A stretch of 64,000 nt of DNA from Octopus vulgaris (taxonomy: Eukaryota): NCBI GenBank assembly GCA_951406725.2, contig OX597818.1:137268001-137332000 (forward strand). The letters are read 5' to 3'. Shown in pieces: positions 27,270 through 42,811 of the stretch; position 1 is the stretch's first letter; every line of letters starts with the position of its first letter. Both the position numbers and the translations under genes were made by a program. The notes below the pieces were generated by a model. That model did not search any database and was not told the DNA's origin. It saw only the letters and a program-made list of their open reading frames with translations.

Positions 27270-28078
27270 GGATAGGTGTTATATGACCAGAATATTTAAC
27301 CTATACCCAATCTAATAGTTTCCAAAACACCTCAAGACAGACATGGTGTGAAAACAAAAAAAAGTTCTTAATAAAGTAAAATAGATAAATATGTTACGTG
27401 CAGTGTGTTCATAATCTTCAATCAATGTTTATAATGATATTTATGAATATATATACATATTTATATATATATATATTATATTATTTACACACACACGCAC
27501 ACGCATAATATGTATCCTTATATGCATGAAAAGTGATATAGGCGTATATAAACATGTATATATATAAGTAAACATGCATGCTTACACAAATATATATTTT
27601 TATTCAGATACAGACATGAAGTGTCATTAAGTATTCGTAAGTTGTCATCTACAAATCCAGTCAAACTGAGTAAAAGATATGGTTTAAACTTCAATAGAGA
27701 TTACGTTTGATTAAAATAATGCTAGAGAGAGAGAGTAGGAGAGAGAGGGAAGGAGAGGGTGAAAGAAAGTAAGATACAGAGAGAAAGAAAGAGAGAGTGG
27801 CAGAGATGTTTACAGGAGACAGATCGACAGAGGTAGAAACAACTACTGCCCAACATGTATACATTTTTACATATGCAGACACCCCCACACACACGCACAC
27901 ACACACACACACGCGCACACACACGCACACACAAACACACACACACACACACACACTTATAGATGCATCTATGTTGGGCCTGTACTTTCTTATATACATA
28001 TATATAAAACATATATATATATATTCATATATATATGCACAATACATATATACTTATATATGTATACACATATACAAG

Positions 28079-28110
<32 letters not shown>

Positions 28111-28234
28111 ATATATAAATCCATCTTCACTCCCACACGTTTATATTTGCATGTATAGACAAGTACACCACCTACATACATACATACATAGGTTCATCCA
28201 TCCATCGATCTACCCACATATATATATATATATA

Positions 28235-28284
<50 letters not shown>

Positions 28285-28488
28285 GTGTGTTTACATATAA
28301 ATGTATATATATGTATATATATATATATACATACATACATTCATACATGCTAAATTCAAATGGCTCCTAGGAACCTATAGAATGTTGCATAAGCCACTCA
28401 AACCTGAGTGCAACGCTTCTTATAACAGAAACAGCTGTCGGCTAATGAAATTGATTACATAACTCCGTTTCTTTTGTCATTCATTCTC

Positions 28489-28525
<37 letters not shown>

Positions 28526-28551
28526 TCCATGCATATATGTGTATGTGTATG

Positions 28552-28864
<313 letters not shown>

Positions 28865-29199
28865 GTGTATGTGTATGTATATGTATATATGTGTATGCTT
28901 GTGTGTATATGTATATGTGCATAATACAGCTGTTAAATATTGATTTTGTGTTTAGCTGGGTAGTTTTCCTTAATAAAAACGCAATATTAGGACACCCATA
29001 CACATCACCTCGACCCCGCCTAGAAAAACACATCTCCGATGAATATGCTCATTTAAATAGGCATGCACACACACACACACACACATATGCACATACATAT
29101 ATACACACACACAAATAGATATACACTCTGACAAACACTCAACCTCGTGCAAACATACAATGTACGCGCGGGAGTAATACAGTAAACAACTGACACTCA

Positions 29200-29500
29200 C
29201 TAACTGTCACCAGAAATAAACGATAATTGTTTAGTCAGAGCGTCAAAGTTCTATCAGCTGATCTTAGCTACGATACCTCCTTTATGGCCCACGACGAGAG
29301 AAAAAACTGTTTCCTACTTCTTGCCAGGTGAACGCGACAGGTGACCTTAATGGTCTCGAAGGAGAATCTCATTCATCAGGAATCGGTGAGCATTGAACGA
29401 GTGAGAGTGTGAGTATATAATCGTTCTGCTGGAGACGTTATAATGCCTGAAGTCTTTATTCCATCTGGCAGGATTTGAGATGCCCAGAGTAATTCTCGGA
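29200..29500 (-). mobile_element. Penelope-like 3' end/pLTR remnant with degenerate type I hammerhead
   Basis: Minus strand ILPDGI (GIY-YIG end-like), TATATA, then CUGAUGA-AUGAGAUUCUCCUUC-GAGAC-CAUUAAG-GUC (29379..29343). Confidence 0.5.
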
Positions 29501-29959
29501 ATAACCTTGTCACAAGTATTTACTGGGCTGAAGTATAGTTTGTCAACCGACAATATTCCTGTATTAGGCTGCATAATGGTAAGGGTTTGGATTTTGTCAG
29601 GTCAGGTCTGTTGTATGCAGCATCGGATCCTACTACTGGTAAACTGTAAACCAGTACAACCTGTGTCAGTGGGGTAGTAAGGGCTCCTTAGCCGTAGTGA
29701 AGACAATCTATCTAGGGAGATAACCTTACAATAAATCACTCGCTCCGTAGCTTAGAAATACTGGGTTGACGTCCAGCGGGAACAGCTTTGTTTCATGGAG
29801 GAGGAAAGATCTTCTTTAGTACTTGGTTGTACAATGCTTTCCAATGTGTGTAGTAGTGGCGCGCGCACACATTATTAGCCATTTGAAAAGACTATAAGTC
29901 TAGACCACGGTCGAACAATGATGATGATGATTGGATTTCAATATTGGTGGAAGGCCCAA

Positions 29960-30170
29960 AGTGGTAAGCTAGCAGAAATGTTATCATGCCGGGTAAAATA
30001 CTTTGCGGCATTTCTTTCTTCTTTACGTTCTGAGTTCAAATTCGGCCGAGGTCGACGGTATCTTCCTTCCACACGGGATCGGTAAAACAAGTACCGGTTG
30101 AGCACTGGGCTTGATTTAATTGATCCTATCCCCCCGTTCCGAAGTTGCTGACCTTGTGCCCAAACTTGAA
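29960..30170 (+). mobile_element. SINE family B, diverged
   Basis: TTACGTTCTGAGTTCAAATTCGGCCGAGGTCGAC...CTTGTGCCCAAACTTGAAA. Confidence 0.65.
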
Positions 30171-30895
30171 AACAACATTGGGACAAGTCCCACACATTTT
30201 GTTTCCCCAAGGGATTTTCCTAAGTTTTTTCTTAAACATCCATGTTTGTTTTCAGACATTTATTTAGCCCTGGTTTCATACATTCTGAGTAATATAAAGC
30301 TTTCCTTTCATAAGCCCCAAGTCACTGTAGTGACTGAATAAAATGAAAAAAAATGGGAGAGTATCCTATATATTGCCCGGACGCCAGTGAAATGTTCCTG
30401 TCAAGCACTTGCACTATACAGGACTATCAGACAGTTAATCCTGGATGGATGTCAAGTAAAATCGATCTTGTTGGGATTTGAACTAAGAACTTAAATTGTA
30501 TAATACGTTTCGTCTACCGCTCTACACATTCTGCCTCCTAATTATTTATATCTTAAGAAACGTTACAACCAAACTGACTAAACAATAGCGGTAGATTAAT
30601 AAATCAATAAAATACAAGAAAATGAAGTAGCAAAGCAAAATTTTAAAAATATATAAAAAGAAACCAACAGAACGAAAAGGAAATAAAAATAGTAACAACA
30701 GAAGGTTGTACAACATTGAGAACAATAACAGAAAACACGGACAAGTGTGACAAAAGTAACAAAGAATGCATAAATTTAATACATGTTTAATTCACGGTTG
30801 TGACACTGTAGATTCACCAGCGATTGAGTCAGAGACGTAATTTTGTGTTAGAGAATCGAGACGCCATTCAAAATTCAGCTTAAGTATCAGATGAC

Positions 30896-31102
<207 letters not shown>

Positions 31103-31379
31103 CACTCAGACATACGCACTTTCATAGATGGTAAGATTATCCTAAGCTGTAGTAAACTATTTCTACACCCTTTGATCTCGAATAAGTTGATATATTAAAT
31201 TACTGGCCAGTCAATCGTCCAATAAAGTACTGCTTAATTTGACACCGTGACGATCATCAATTTTGACATCGTAAATAAAATGCATTAAAGCCAGATTTCT
31301 TTAAGTAAACTTAATATGTCTTTCTGTGTTTCGTCTCTATCTATACATATGTGTATGTACATAAACATGTACGCATGTA

Positions 31380-31755
31380 TACATGTATATGTGTCTGTAC
31401 ATATATAGGTGTGTGTGTTTGTGTGTATATACCTACATCTATATGTATATAGACATGCATATATGGGTACAGGACACCAAAAAAAACGTTGAACGCAATG
31501 AGAAACGAAAACATAAAAACAAAAACATGGAAACGGACATTTTTTCAAACAACGAAAAAACAGAGTACAAGACATACAATACAAGGAATATTCCCCTTCT
31601 TCAGTTGCCCCTGTTTTGGTTACTCCGCGTTTCGAAGGTAGGGGCAAGATGTGACTTCTTTGAAACAGTCCTTCCCGCAAAGCAAATTAAATAAAATTTG
31701 TTTTTACTGTTCTGTTCTTGTTACCACTTTTATCCCTCCGCAAAAAATCCCAAAT
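31380..31755 (-). mobile_element. Hammerhead-bearing non-coding repeat, copy A (5' segment 31700-31755 inverted)
   Basis: Colinear with 59240-59730 (GTACAGGACACCAAAA..AATGAGAAACGAAAA..GGACATTTTTT..CCCCTTCTTCAGT) and 52320-52735. Confidence 0.8.
31593..31653 (-). ncRNA. Non-circularly permuted hammerhead ribozyme motif, copy A (stem III decayed)
   Basis: CACAU-C | UUGCCCCU a CCUUC-GAAACGCG gaguaaccaaaac AGGGGCAA-CUGAAGA-A-GGGG; stem I 8 bp perfect; stem III has 2 mismatches explicable as CpG decay of CGCGU. Confidence 0.65.
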
Positions 31756-31756
31756 A

Positions 31757-32199
31757 GACGCAGGAGTGGGTGTATAGTAATTAGCTTGCTTATCAACCAC
31801 ATGGTTCCGGGTTCAGTCCCACCGCGTGGCATCTTGGGCAATTGTCTTCTGCTATAGCCTCGGATCGACCCAAGACTTGTAAGTGGATTTAGTGGACGGA
31901 AACTGAAAGAAACCAGTCGTATATATATATATATACTATCAGTATCGCCCGGCGTTGCGGTTTATTTAGACCCTTTGGAATTAGAAATTTTGAAAAGTAA
32001 AGATTTGGCAGTATGTAGCTTGTTATTTTCTTTAAGTGAAATACACCGAAAAATGGCGACACAGCAGTCAAACATCGTAATAATTAGGGATCTTCATAGA
32101 AAAAAGGCACCTTTTTGGTGTAAATAATTTTTGGTGTTAACATGGTCCGATTTGAATTTTTCCTTCTACGGAAGGAAGAAGTAGCCTTCTTCTATCATA

Positions 32200-32280
<81 letters not shown>

Positions 32281-32725
32281 ATATATATATACACATACAT
32301 ATATATATGATATATATATATATATATTAATGCGAAAAACCCTCCAGGCTACATCCCGAAAATTCCTTTCTTTGCCGAATTTCTACAATGTTTACGGCGA
32401 TTCGTTTTTATATCTTGATTTTTTTATTTTTCATGCAATTTACGCATGCTTGCACGCGTGCTGAACACAGTTCACGTCAAACAGCTGACTGAGTAAAGTT
32501 CACTATTCAATGCATGGGATAAGGCCTAAACAAACACATTATCGATTTTTGCACTTGCAAGATAAATTTCGGAACAGAAATAGCGCAGTTCAATTTTCAC
32601 TCGCCTAAACTTTAAGTGACCCATTTTTGGTGGTTCTACGATTTGTTGGCTAGGAGGAGATGTGCCGGGAAGTTAAACACACAGACACACACACAGATAA
32701 ACACACAGACACACAAGCTGAGTTT

Positions 32726-32773
<48 letters not shown>

Positions 32774-33030
32774 TGTATGTATGTATGTATGTATGTATGT
32801 ATGTATTTATGTATGTATGTGTGTCTATGTGTGTCTGTGTTTGTCGCCGCAACATCGCTTGACAACCGATGTTGCTGTGTTTACGTCCCCGTAACTTAGC
32901 GGTTCGACATAAGGATATAGTACTAGGCTTAGAAAGAATAAGTCCTGGGGTCGATTGCTTGACTAAAGGCAGTGCTCCAACGTGGCGGCTGTCAAATGAT
33001 TGGAACAAATAAAAGAATAACAGAATAAAA
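31757..33030 (+). mobile_element. SINE family C split (5' half 31757-31921, 3' half about 32820-33030) by insertions in its internal microsatellite
   Basis: Both halves match family C in the same orientation and correct order. Confidence 0.75.
31935..32735 (+). mobile_element. Helentron-associated/DINE-1-like non-autonomous element(s)
   Basis: Starts ACTA(T)CAGTATCGCCCGGCGTTGC; ends GGAGGAGAT...ACACACAGAC...AAGCTGAGTTTTATATAT, the typical HINE end layout. Confidence 0.5.
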
Positions 33031-33041
33031 AATATATATAC

Positions 33042-33109
<68 letters not shown>

Positions 33110-33794
33110 CAGGGATTTACAAGAGATAATACAATGCGATCGCGTGAGAGTTCTTGCAGAGATTGACAATATGTTTAAAGATGGTGGAAGTAGAGCCCGA
33201 TAATACTACAAAAAAAAAAAAAAAACCGTATATATTTTTCACATGAATCTAATAAGCGCCTGCATCTCAGAAAACACACAAACACACACTCACGCACACA
33301 CACACACACACACACATGCACATAGCCACCACGCTTACTCATAGGTACACACATGTACACACATATAGTGTATACCACAAGAGACCGACTACAAGTTCTA
33401 ACGGTTAAATGCCGATCAAAGGCGAGGCTCACAAAGTAAAATATAAATTAAGACATATTAAGCATATAACTGTCTATTTCTTTTATATCACACGAGACAC
33501 CTGCTTCTGGAAATCCGGGAAAAATAATCCGGATTCGTCATTTATATTATTGATGTCCCTCTATTGACAACGCTTGTACATTTAAACAGCACACACAAAC
33601 ACACATACACACACAGACGCACACACACACACACTCACACGAATAAATATATTAGTGTTAATTAGTTAATGTTTTCTCTTTTATCTTACCGTTTTATATA
33701 CATGTAACCACACACACATGCATACATACATACATACATACATACATGTGTGTGTGTGCGTGTATATACATATATATATACATACATATCGATA

Positions 33795-33829
<35 letters not shown>

Positions 33830-33854
33830 GTCTATTTAAATCTATCTCTATATG

Positions 33855-33920
<66 letters not shown>

Positions 33921-33940
33921 TATGTGTATGTACGTGTTTG

Positions 33941-34240
33941 AAGGCGCGTGGCTTAGTGTTCAGGGCATTCGGCTCGCGAGCATAAGCTCGTGAGTTCAAT
34001 TCCCGGCGACGCCTTGTATCCGTGAACTAGACATTTTATTTCACGTTGCTCCAATCCACTCAGCTGGCAAAAATGAGTTGTACCTGTATTTCGAAGGGCC
34101 ACGCTGAATCTCCATGAGAACTACGTTAAGGGTACACGTGTCTGTGGAGTGCTTACCCACTTGCACGTTAATTTCACGAGGAAGCTGTTCCGTTGATCGG
34201 ATCAACTGGGACCCTCGTCGTCGTAACCGACGGAGTGCTC
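33941..34240 (+). mobile_element. SINE with alternative tRNA head joined to the family A tail
   Basis: Head GAAGGCGCGTGGCTTAGTG...TTGCTCCAATCCACTCAGCTGGCAAAAATGAG, then family A 3' end GTCGTCGTAACCGACGGAGTGC. Confidence 0.75.
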
Positions 34241-34718
<478 letters not shown>

Positions 34719-34812
34719 CGCGTAAGAACACATTTATATTTATAAATAAAACAGATATATCACATTAAATCTTCTTTATAAACACACACACACACACGTA
34801 TGTGTGTGTGTA

Positions 34813-34868
<56 letters not shown>

Positions 34869-34900
34869 TACATATATATATATATTTATATATATATGTA

Positions 34901-35098
34901 CAGGGTAGTGCAAAAGTAGGCTTACAACTGGGTGTGTGCGAAAGTAGGATAACAGTTTGACTGTTTGGTTGACAGACTCCAAGAATGTTCAGGACAGACA
35001 TCTTGAGCATTTATGGGACTAACATTGTACAATGTTTTTTGTATAAATAAATAAAATATAGAGCTATACAACTGTAACCCTACTTTTGCACCACTCCG
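34901..35098. mobile_element. Tc1/mariner-type MITE
   Basis: TIRs CAGGGTAGTGCAAAAGTAGGCTTACA and TGTAACCCTACTTTTGCACCACTCCG with TA flanks. Confidence 0.8.
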
Positions 35099-35120
35099 TA
35101 TACAGACACAGACACACACA

Positions 35121-35196
<76 letters not shown>

Positions 35197-35198
35197 CA

Positions 35199-35672
35199 CC
35201 GTAAATCCTCGAGTATAATCCGCATTTTCTTCCCAAAATTTAAAGGTCAGATTCCCTAGTGCGTATTATATACGAGGTTAAAAATGTAAATGATTTTCTA
35301 AGCAATGTCCGAGTCTCTATTTGCTGTCCGGCAATGTTTATTCAGACGCATTTTGTGATGTCGGGAGCGAAAATACCTTAAATTATCCATAACTTGCAGT
35401 AATCAACATTTATTAAACGTTATTACTGTTATTTCTTTATTTTCTGCAAACAAAATCCACAAAAAGGCTACACGTTTGCATTATGTTATATTTTCAATAA
35501 TAATAAAAGACGTTACCGTATACATTTTCACAAACCAAGGACGTTATATAGACCTCCGAAGTTAGAGAAGGGGTGTGTATTATACACAAGGTTTAGGTTT
35601 TTCAGAGGGGCAGCTCCCTAAAAATCCCCTGCGTATTATACTCAAGGGCGGACTATATTCGAGGATTTACGG
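35199..35672. mobile_element. pogo/Tigger-type MITE
   Basis: TIRs CCGTAAATCCTCGAGTATAATCCGC and GCGGACTATATTCGAGGATTTACGG; subterminal G(C/T)GTATTATA repeats; TA at right flank. Confidence 0.8.
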
Positions 35673-35814
35673 TATTCACTTTCATTACACGCTTTTATAC
35701 AAGGTTTGCGTTCAGTTGATCCAATTATCTGTCTAACTATATGTCTATCTAACTATCTATCTGTCTGTCCGTCCGTCCGTCCATTCGTCCGTCTGTCTGT
35801 CCGTCTGTCTGTCC

Positions 35815-35885
<71 letters not shown>

Positions 35886-35890
35886 GATCG

Positions 35891-35970
<80 letters not shown>

Positions 35971-36214
35971 ATCTATCTGTCTATCTACCTACCTATCTAT
36001 CCACCTGTCCTTACCAAGCGTTCTGTCATTTTAATTATACACCTGTCTAATTATCTACCCATCTTTATATCTATATGTTCCTTTATCTGTGTCTATAAGT
36101 ACATAAATGCATTTCTCTGTGTATGTAAGTGTCTCATTGTTTTCCTGTGTTACAGCCTATCTGCATATACCTCTTTGTCGATCTATCTATATATCTTGTC
36201 TTTATATATATATA

Positions 36215-36335
36215 AGTATTTTGATAAAGTCAGAATTATACATGCATGCAGAAACACAGGCACAAACGCTATATGTATAGAATTAACTACACCACATACA
36301 CTCTGTTTGTGCATGTTTAGAGCTTCGCTGAACTT
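36215..36335 (+). repeat. 121-bp direct duplicate of 28744-28864
   Basis: Colinear with 28744-28864, 4 substitutions. Confidence 0.9.
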
Positions 36336-36736
36336 TAGAGGTGAGTTGAACCCCAATCTTGACCTTCCTCTACATCAAAGGACGTCTACCATAATAAGTG
36401 CTGAACAAGACAACTTGTAATTTAGGGAAGGCCAACTTCAAAGGAACATCGTTTGGTCGTAAATTAAATACGTAAATTGCTTTGGAATCTACACAGAATA
36501 TATGCGTGTTTATACATTATGTGTGTATGAATGTGTACATATATGTATGTATGTATGTGTGTATGAACGTATGTATATATGTATGTTTATATGTATGTAT
36601 GTGTGTGTGTGTGTGTGTGTGTATACATATATATACATTTATATATTATATACTCACATATATGTATGTATATGTGCATGTATGTATATATATGCATATA
36701 TATCTACTTATATAGTATTCACGCATATATATATAC

Positions 36737-36791
<55 letters not shown>

Positions 36792-37299
36792 TACATATAT
36801 ATATCTGTGTATATATATATATGTATATAATACTGACTCACATACGCGTATAGAAGATGCTGCATTTATATGTACACTTATCCTCGGTTGCTTGCTTGTA
36901 TTAAAACTTGTAAACACAGTTTATTGAATGCAGCCAACTTCTATTCTTGGGCTACAATCTAAATGACCAAAACAATAAACAGCCAGAGGTCATTTGAAAA
37001 TAGTTGGCATTAAAGGGTCCAAAACCTTACGTCTTTCATAGTGCCACAGGTAATTTTAAGGCCGATTACAAATGGTAATTTCGGTTGGGACTATGGATAC
37101 TTGTGTTAGAAGTTTGTTATTCACAAGATCATTGTTTTTCAACGATAAATTTTTACGGCTAATTCTAATTTATTGATATCAACTTCATACTGAATAACTT
37201 AATCTGATGGATATCTATCTATATATCAATCTAGCTAGCTAGCTAGCTACCTACCTACCTACCTACCTACCTACCTACCTACCTACCTACCTACCTACA

Positions 37300-37374
<75 letters not shown>

Positions 37375-37515
37375 TTTTTTTGTTCTTTTCTTCTCTTTTA
37401 CGATCCCCCTTGATCGAAAACCTACGTCACCCCCTTTTTTTCATCCCCCAAAAGAAAAGCTCTACCTTGTAACTTGTCCCATCTCTGTGCAGCCCCGTGT
37501 GGCCAATAAAGAAAC

Positions 37516-37606
<91 letters not shown>

Positions 37607-37879
37607 CCTACCTACCTATCTATCTCTATCTATCTATCTGTCTCTCTACCTGTCTGTCTATCTACCCATTTCTCTGTCTATTTGTCTATCTCCTCTGTAT
37701 ATGCATGTATGCATGCATGCATGCATGAATGCATGCATGTATGTATGTATGTATGTATGTATGTATGTATGTATGTATGTATGTATGTATGTATGTATGT
37801 ATGTATGCATGCATGCATGTATGTATGTATGTATGTATGTATGTATGTATGTATGTATGTATGTATGTATGTATGTATG

Positions 37880-37949
<70 letters not shown>

Positions 37950-39395
37950 TGTATGTATGTATGTATGTGTGTATGCATAACCAGGATTCAAGAATAGTGG
38001 TTTCGACCCTTGTATGTTCGCTGGTTATTGAAGAGGTCATTACGGCCCATGCTATCCTGTTTGTAGCAGATGAATGCTAACTTCGTTTCAGGGATCGGTG
38101 CACCCGTGTAATACTATTCCCTCCCCTTTGTGCGTCTGAAAAGAGATCCCGTTTACGCTGAGTAATGGCCTCTTGATTCGAGGCGAAATGTTTTACACCG
38201 GGCTCAGAGTCTAATAAAACCTCTGTAGCCACCAGTGTTTGTGCAAATTTAGTTCTCCTTTCGAGTGCTAGGTAAGATCTGATCCCATGCTAACGTCTAG
38301 ATAATCTAGAGAAAGTGTACACATAATACATAGCATTTCCAGTTTCGAAATGAACGCCGTATGGTCCTCTTACGGCTTGCAGGATAAGAGGCCACTGCAA
38401 ATGACTTCGTCAACATTATTTCTTTAGCTGAAAAATCATTTCTTCTGTTCCTTCCGTTTCCACAGAAGGTGCTATATCATGGTGTAAGCGGTTCTTCATT
38501 ATTTTTCTTCATTGGTATTCTATAAATTGTTTAACTATAGCACCGTAAGTTAGCGATAAACCATTAACTGTATATACACACGCTTACAGGATTTATTCTC
38601 AGTTGAAGAATTTTTCTTTCTGCTGCAACAATAATCCAGAGTGTGTATATCTATTTAGGCAGGCATGATATACATTCATCTCTTCATATTCTTCTGGCCA
38701 CCGTTTCCACCATAAAAATATGTGTCAATCATCGTTAATTCCTATGAATCTGCTGAAAAGTATTTACACATTTATCTACCTTGGATGGTGGATACGCAAA
38801 ATATTTGAAATGAGGTGGGATTACTTGTCTGATGGGATTTCATTTCACACTGTACATTCTTGGTTTAAATCTTGCTTTGACTGACTTCAATGTTTCTGAA
38901 GTATTACCTGTTGTTATTTTATAACATTTGGTCAGACGTAGCGTAACAAACAGACGTATCATTGAAGACATTCCAGCTGTGACCATCCCGTATATTGGTT
39001 CGTGATGATTGCATGTAAGACTCTATTACTCGATATGTCTTTAAAAAAATAGGGCTTGAATTGGTTATACAGCAGTAACTTCTAGCGGGTCGAGAGATCG
39101 TGTTGGGGTGGACTCTCTTTATTGAAACAAACTTGTAGTTAGGTCTTTTCTTCACTCACCGTCTATACTCAATCTCATTCGGATGTGGAGAAAAAAGTAT
39201 GTAAAAAAAGTGAAATAAAGACTTCTTGATGTAATATATTTACATCTCTAGATGGACTAAAGCATCAAATGTTAAATATCTAGATCCTGGTCCTGGGTAA
39301 CTACAATATCTGGTTAGTGAAAGCTACAGTGTACAGCGACTCCGACGTCGCTTATCCACGAAGCTGTACCTTCATATAATATCTATAGAGATTTA

Positions 39396-39782
39396 GGAGG
39401 CGCAATGGCCCAGTGGTTAAGGCAGCGGACTCGCGCTCATAGGATCGCGGTTTCGATTCCCAGACCGGGCGTTGTGAGTGTTTATTGAGCGAAAACACCT
39501 AAAAGCTCCACGAGGCTCCGGCAGGGGATGGTGGTGAACCCTGCTGTACTGTTTCACCACAACTTTCTCTCACTCTTACTTCCTCTTTCTGTTGTACCTG
39601 TATTTCAAGGGGCCGGCCTTGTCACTCTCTGTGTCACACTGAATATCCCCGAGAACTAGGTTAAGGGTACACGTGTCTGTGGAGTGCTCAGCCACTTACA
39701 CGTTAATTTCACGAGCAGGCTGTTCCGTTGATTCGGATCAACCGGAACCCTCATCGTCGTAACCGACGGAGTGCTTCCATCC
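39396..39782 (+). mobile_element. SINE family A (full length)
   Basis: TSD ATAGAGATTTA at 39385-39395 and 39783-39793. Confidence 0.92.
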
Positions 39783-40257
39783 ATAGAGATTTAGCAGCAT
39801 AAAATAAATTGTCTGGTGAAGGGCTTATTTCAGTAGTAAGGCTATGGACAGGCTGATTATTTCGGTGGTGTCGGAATGGGGCGGAGGTGAAATCTAATAT
39901 GAAGCCTTTCCTTTAGGGATTCGGAATGAAATTATAGACTTCTGCACAGGAAGTTAAGGGTCTGAAAATTGCGTATGTAGATAGAAAATCACTGGAAATT
40001 GTACAAAATGGAATTTACAACCAGAAACTTCAATTTAATGACAGGAAATATTCCACCTCTTTTTTTTTTTGCTTCTTTCTGTTTTTCTTTCGCTCCTATT
40101 GTTTTAGTTATTTCCCTGGGAAAGTTCGAGAAGAAAAAAAAATGCTATATGCATACAGACATGCATATATACATATATATATATATACAGACATATACAT
40201 ATAGATATATACTATATATATACACATATATATATGAATAAATATATATATATATGT

Positions 40258-40316
<59 letters not shown>

Positions 40317-40319
40317 GAA

Positions 40320-40352
<33 letters not shown>

Positions 40353-40743
40353 AATATATATATATGTGTAGAAATAAATATATATATATATATGTAGAAA
40401 GAGAAAGAAAGAGAGAGGGAGAATAGGACTGATCGAGTAATTACTAAAACTGGGAGAATGATACGCACTATCCATCCTTCCACCCACCCATCCTTCCACC
40501 CATCCTTCCACCCACCCATCCTTCCACCCATCCTTCCACCCACCCATCCTTCCATCCATCCATCCATCCATCCATAATACATACATATATACATACACAC
40601 ATGCGTACATACACACATGCATATAGATGCAAATATGTGTGTGCGTGCTTTTGTATGTATGCACATTTATGTGCATGCTTGTATGTATGCATGTATGTAT
40701 GTATGTTTATATATATGTATGTGTGTGTGTGTGTGTGTGTGTA

Positions 40744-40792
<49 letters not shown>

Positions 40793-40957
40793 ATGATACA
40801 TGCATTCACGTCACTTGCAGCAAAATGAACAAGCAAGAGAAAAGAGAGAACGAAGGAGAGAAAGGTGGAGAGGGAGAGTCAGGGAGAAAGTGAGAGAGAG
40901 AGGGAGAGAAGGAGGGAGAGAGTGAGAGAGAGAGAGAGAGAGGGAGAGAAGGAGGGA

Positions 40958-40994
<37 letters not shown>

Positions 40995-41267
40995 TAAAAA
41001 ATGGTGAAAGTGATAATAGAAAAGAAAGAGCAACACTAATTATTGAAGGTAAATATTTTGGCGGGGGTGTCTCCCACAAAAGGTGACAAAACAGCATCAT
41101 AGATGAGCAATTAGGGGAATGAAAATCAATAATAACCAAGTAGCAACCTCTCTAAAAAAAAACACCAGCATCAACAATAATGTCAGGAACAAACCAGAGA
41201 AGTTATCTAAGCATAGTCGATCGTTATGCTAGACATAGCAGCCAAATCTTCCTTAGATTTTTTTTTT

Positions 41268-41535
41268 GGAAGCACTCCGTCGGTTACGACGACGAGGGTT
41301 CCGGTTGATCCGAATCAACGGAACGGCCTGCTCGTGAAATTAACGTGTAAGTGGCTGAGCACTCCACAGACACGTGTACCCATAACGTAGTTCTCGGGGA
41401 TATTCAGCGTAAGACAGAGAGTGACAAGGCTGGCCCTTTGAAATACAGGTACAACAGAAACAAGAAGTAAGAGTGAGAGAAAGTTGTGGTGAAAGAGTAC
41501 AGCAGGGATCACCACCATCCCCTGCCGGAGCCTGT
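41268..41535 (-). mobile_element. SINE family A, 5'-truncated
   Basis: Reverse complement of the family A body and tail. Confidence 0.88.
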
Positions 41536-42811
41536 CTGGGAATCTTTAGATTATCTATACTGTCTTTAAAATGGTCAGAATTAATAATATTGTCCAAGTA
41601 CATTATGCCGTAAATAATATTGGAACGATTATGTTTGGCATTATTTCGATCCTGGGTTAATCGATTACAGTTTCCTAGAAGTTAAACATCATCAAGAAGT
41701 GTCGCATAAAACATTGTCACTTTGGTTAATGACGACCTAGCTTCATTTGGTCTGTAAAAAGATAGGCTGATCACACCAGAATGTATTTGTTCAGAGCTGA
41801 AACCAATAGCAACTACCACCACAACAGCAATAGCAATACTTAGTACAAACAACTACAGAAACTTAATACGTTACCTCAACAACCACTACGACCTCAAGAA
41901 AATCAGAACTCAATATATTATCAGTAGCTAAAACAAAAAAATAAATAAATACAAAAACTAAGCAATAATACCAACAATCCTCAATTACAATGTCACACTC
42001 ACAAGTTTTAACAAGAGCAACAGAATTTTCAATGTTCTTACCCACAAGAAAATTACTGTCGAAGGAAGTGCGGGAAAATTCCTTTGGAATGAAGCGCTAA
42101 ACTCTAACTAAAGAAATAAAAAGGTACCTTTTTTCACAAAGGAAGCCTTTATGGTGAAAAAAAATATTGTTAGTTTCTTTTTTTTTATTTTTTGTCTCCA
42201 AACATTCGTAAATAATATAACTGCTTCGTCAAAGTAAATAGTTACAAGATGTAACAAAGAACTCTTTTGAGATGCATCTGAGTGAATGCAAAGCTATTTA
42301 CATGCCTGTAGCTTATTTTCTTTTGGCATGGATGAATTCTACCGGCATATGATGATATTCGTTTAATTTCAAATGCTTCAGAACTAAGAAAGAATTGCAG
42401 AATTGCATCTGTCATTTTGAAATGCTGTACAGAATGTGCGAAAATAGGTGAAACGAAAATAAAATAAAATCTTCACTCATAAAACTGATACGAAACAAAA
42501 CGATGCCACTGTGAGTAGGTAATTTATCTCAGAACCTTAAAAGCTCAGCGAAATCACAACAAATTCAAAATTCTCAGTATAGTAAATAATAATGATATTG
42601 TATTTATGGTATACCGTTATACCGTGTAAAATGCGAATTATATCTATATAACATTTCATCCAAGAATAGAATGAAAGTAAGGTGTATATGGTGCCTTTGA
42701 ATATTGGTTTAAAATTACAATCATAGAAGGAAAAGATAATGTCACCTCTCCTCCATACTCTACGTCACTACACTTAATTACATTAACAACTAATTTAGTC
42801 GGAAGAATATA

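Noticed and set aside
38050-39380. Long non-repetitive stretch as a possible exon or decayed TE
   Set aside because: No ORF or motif I could recognise in any frame; needs a homology search
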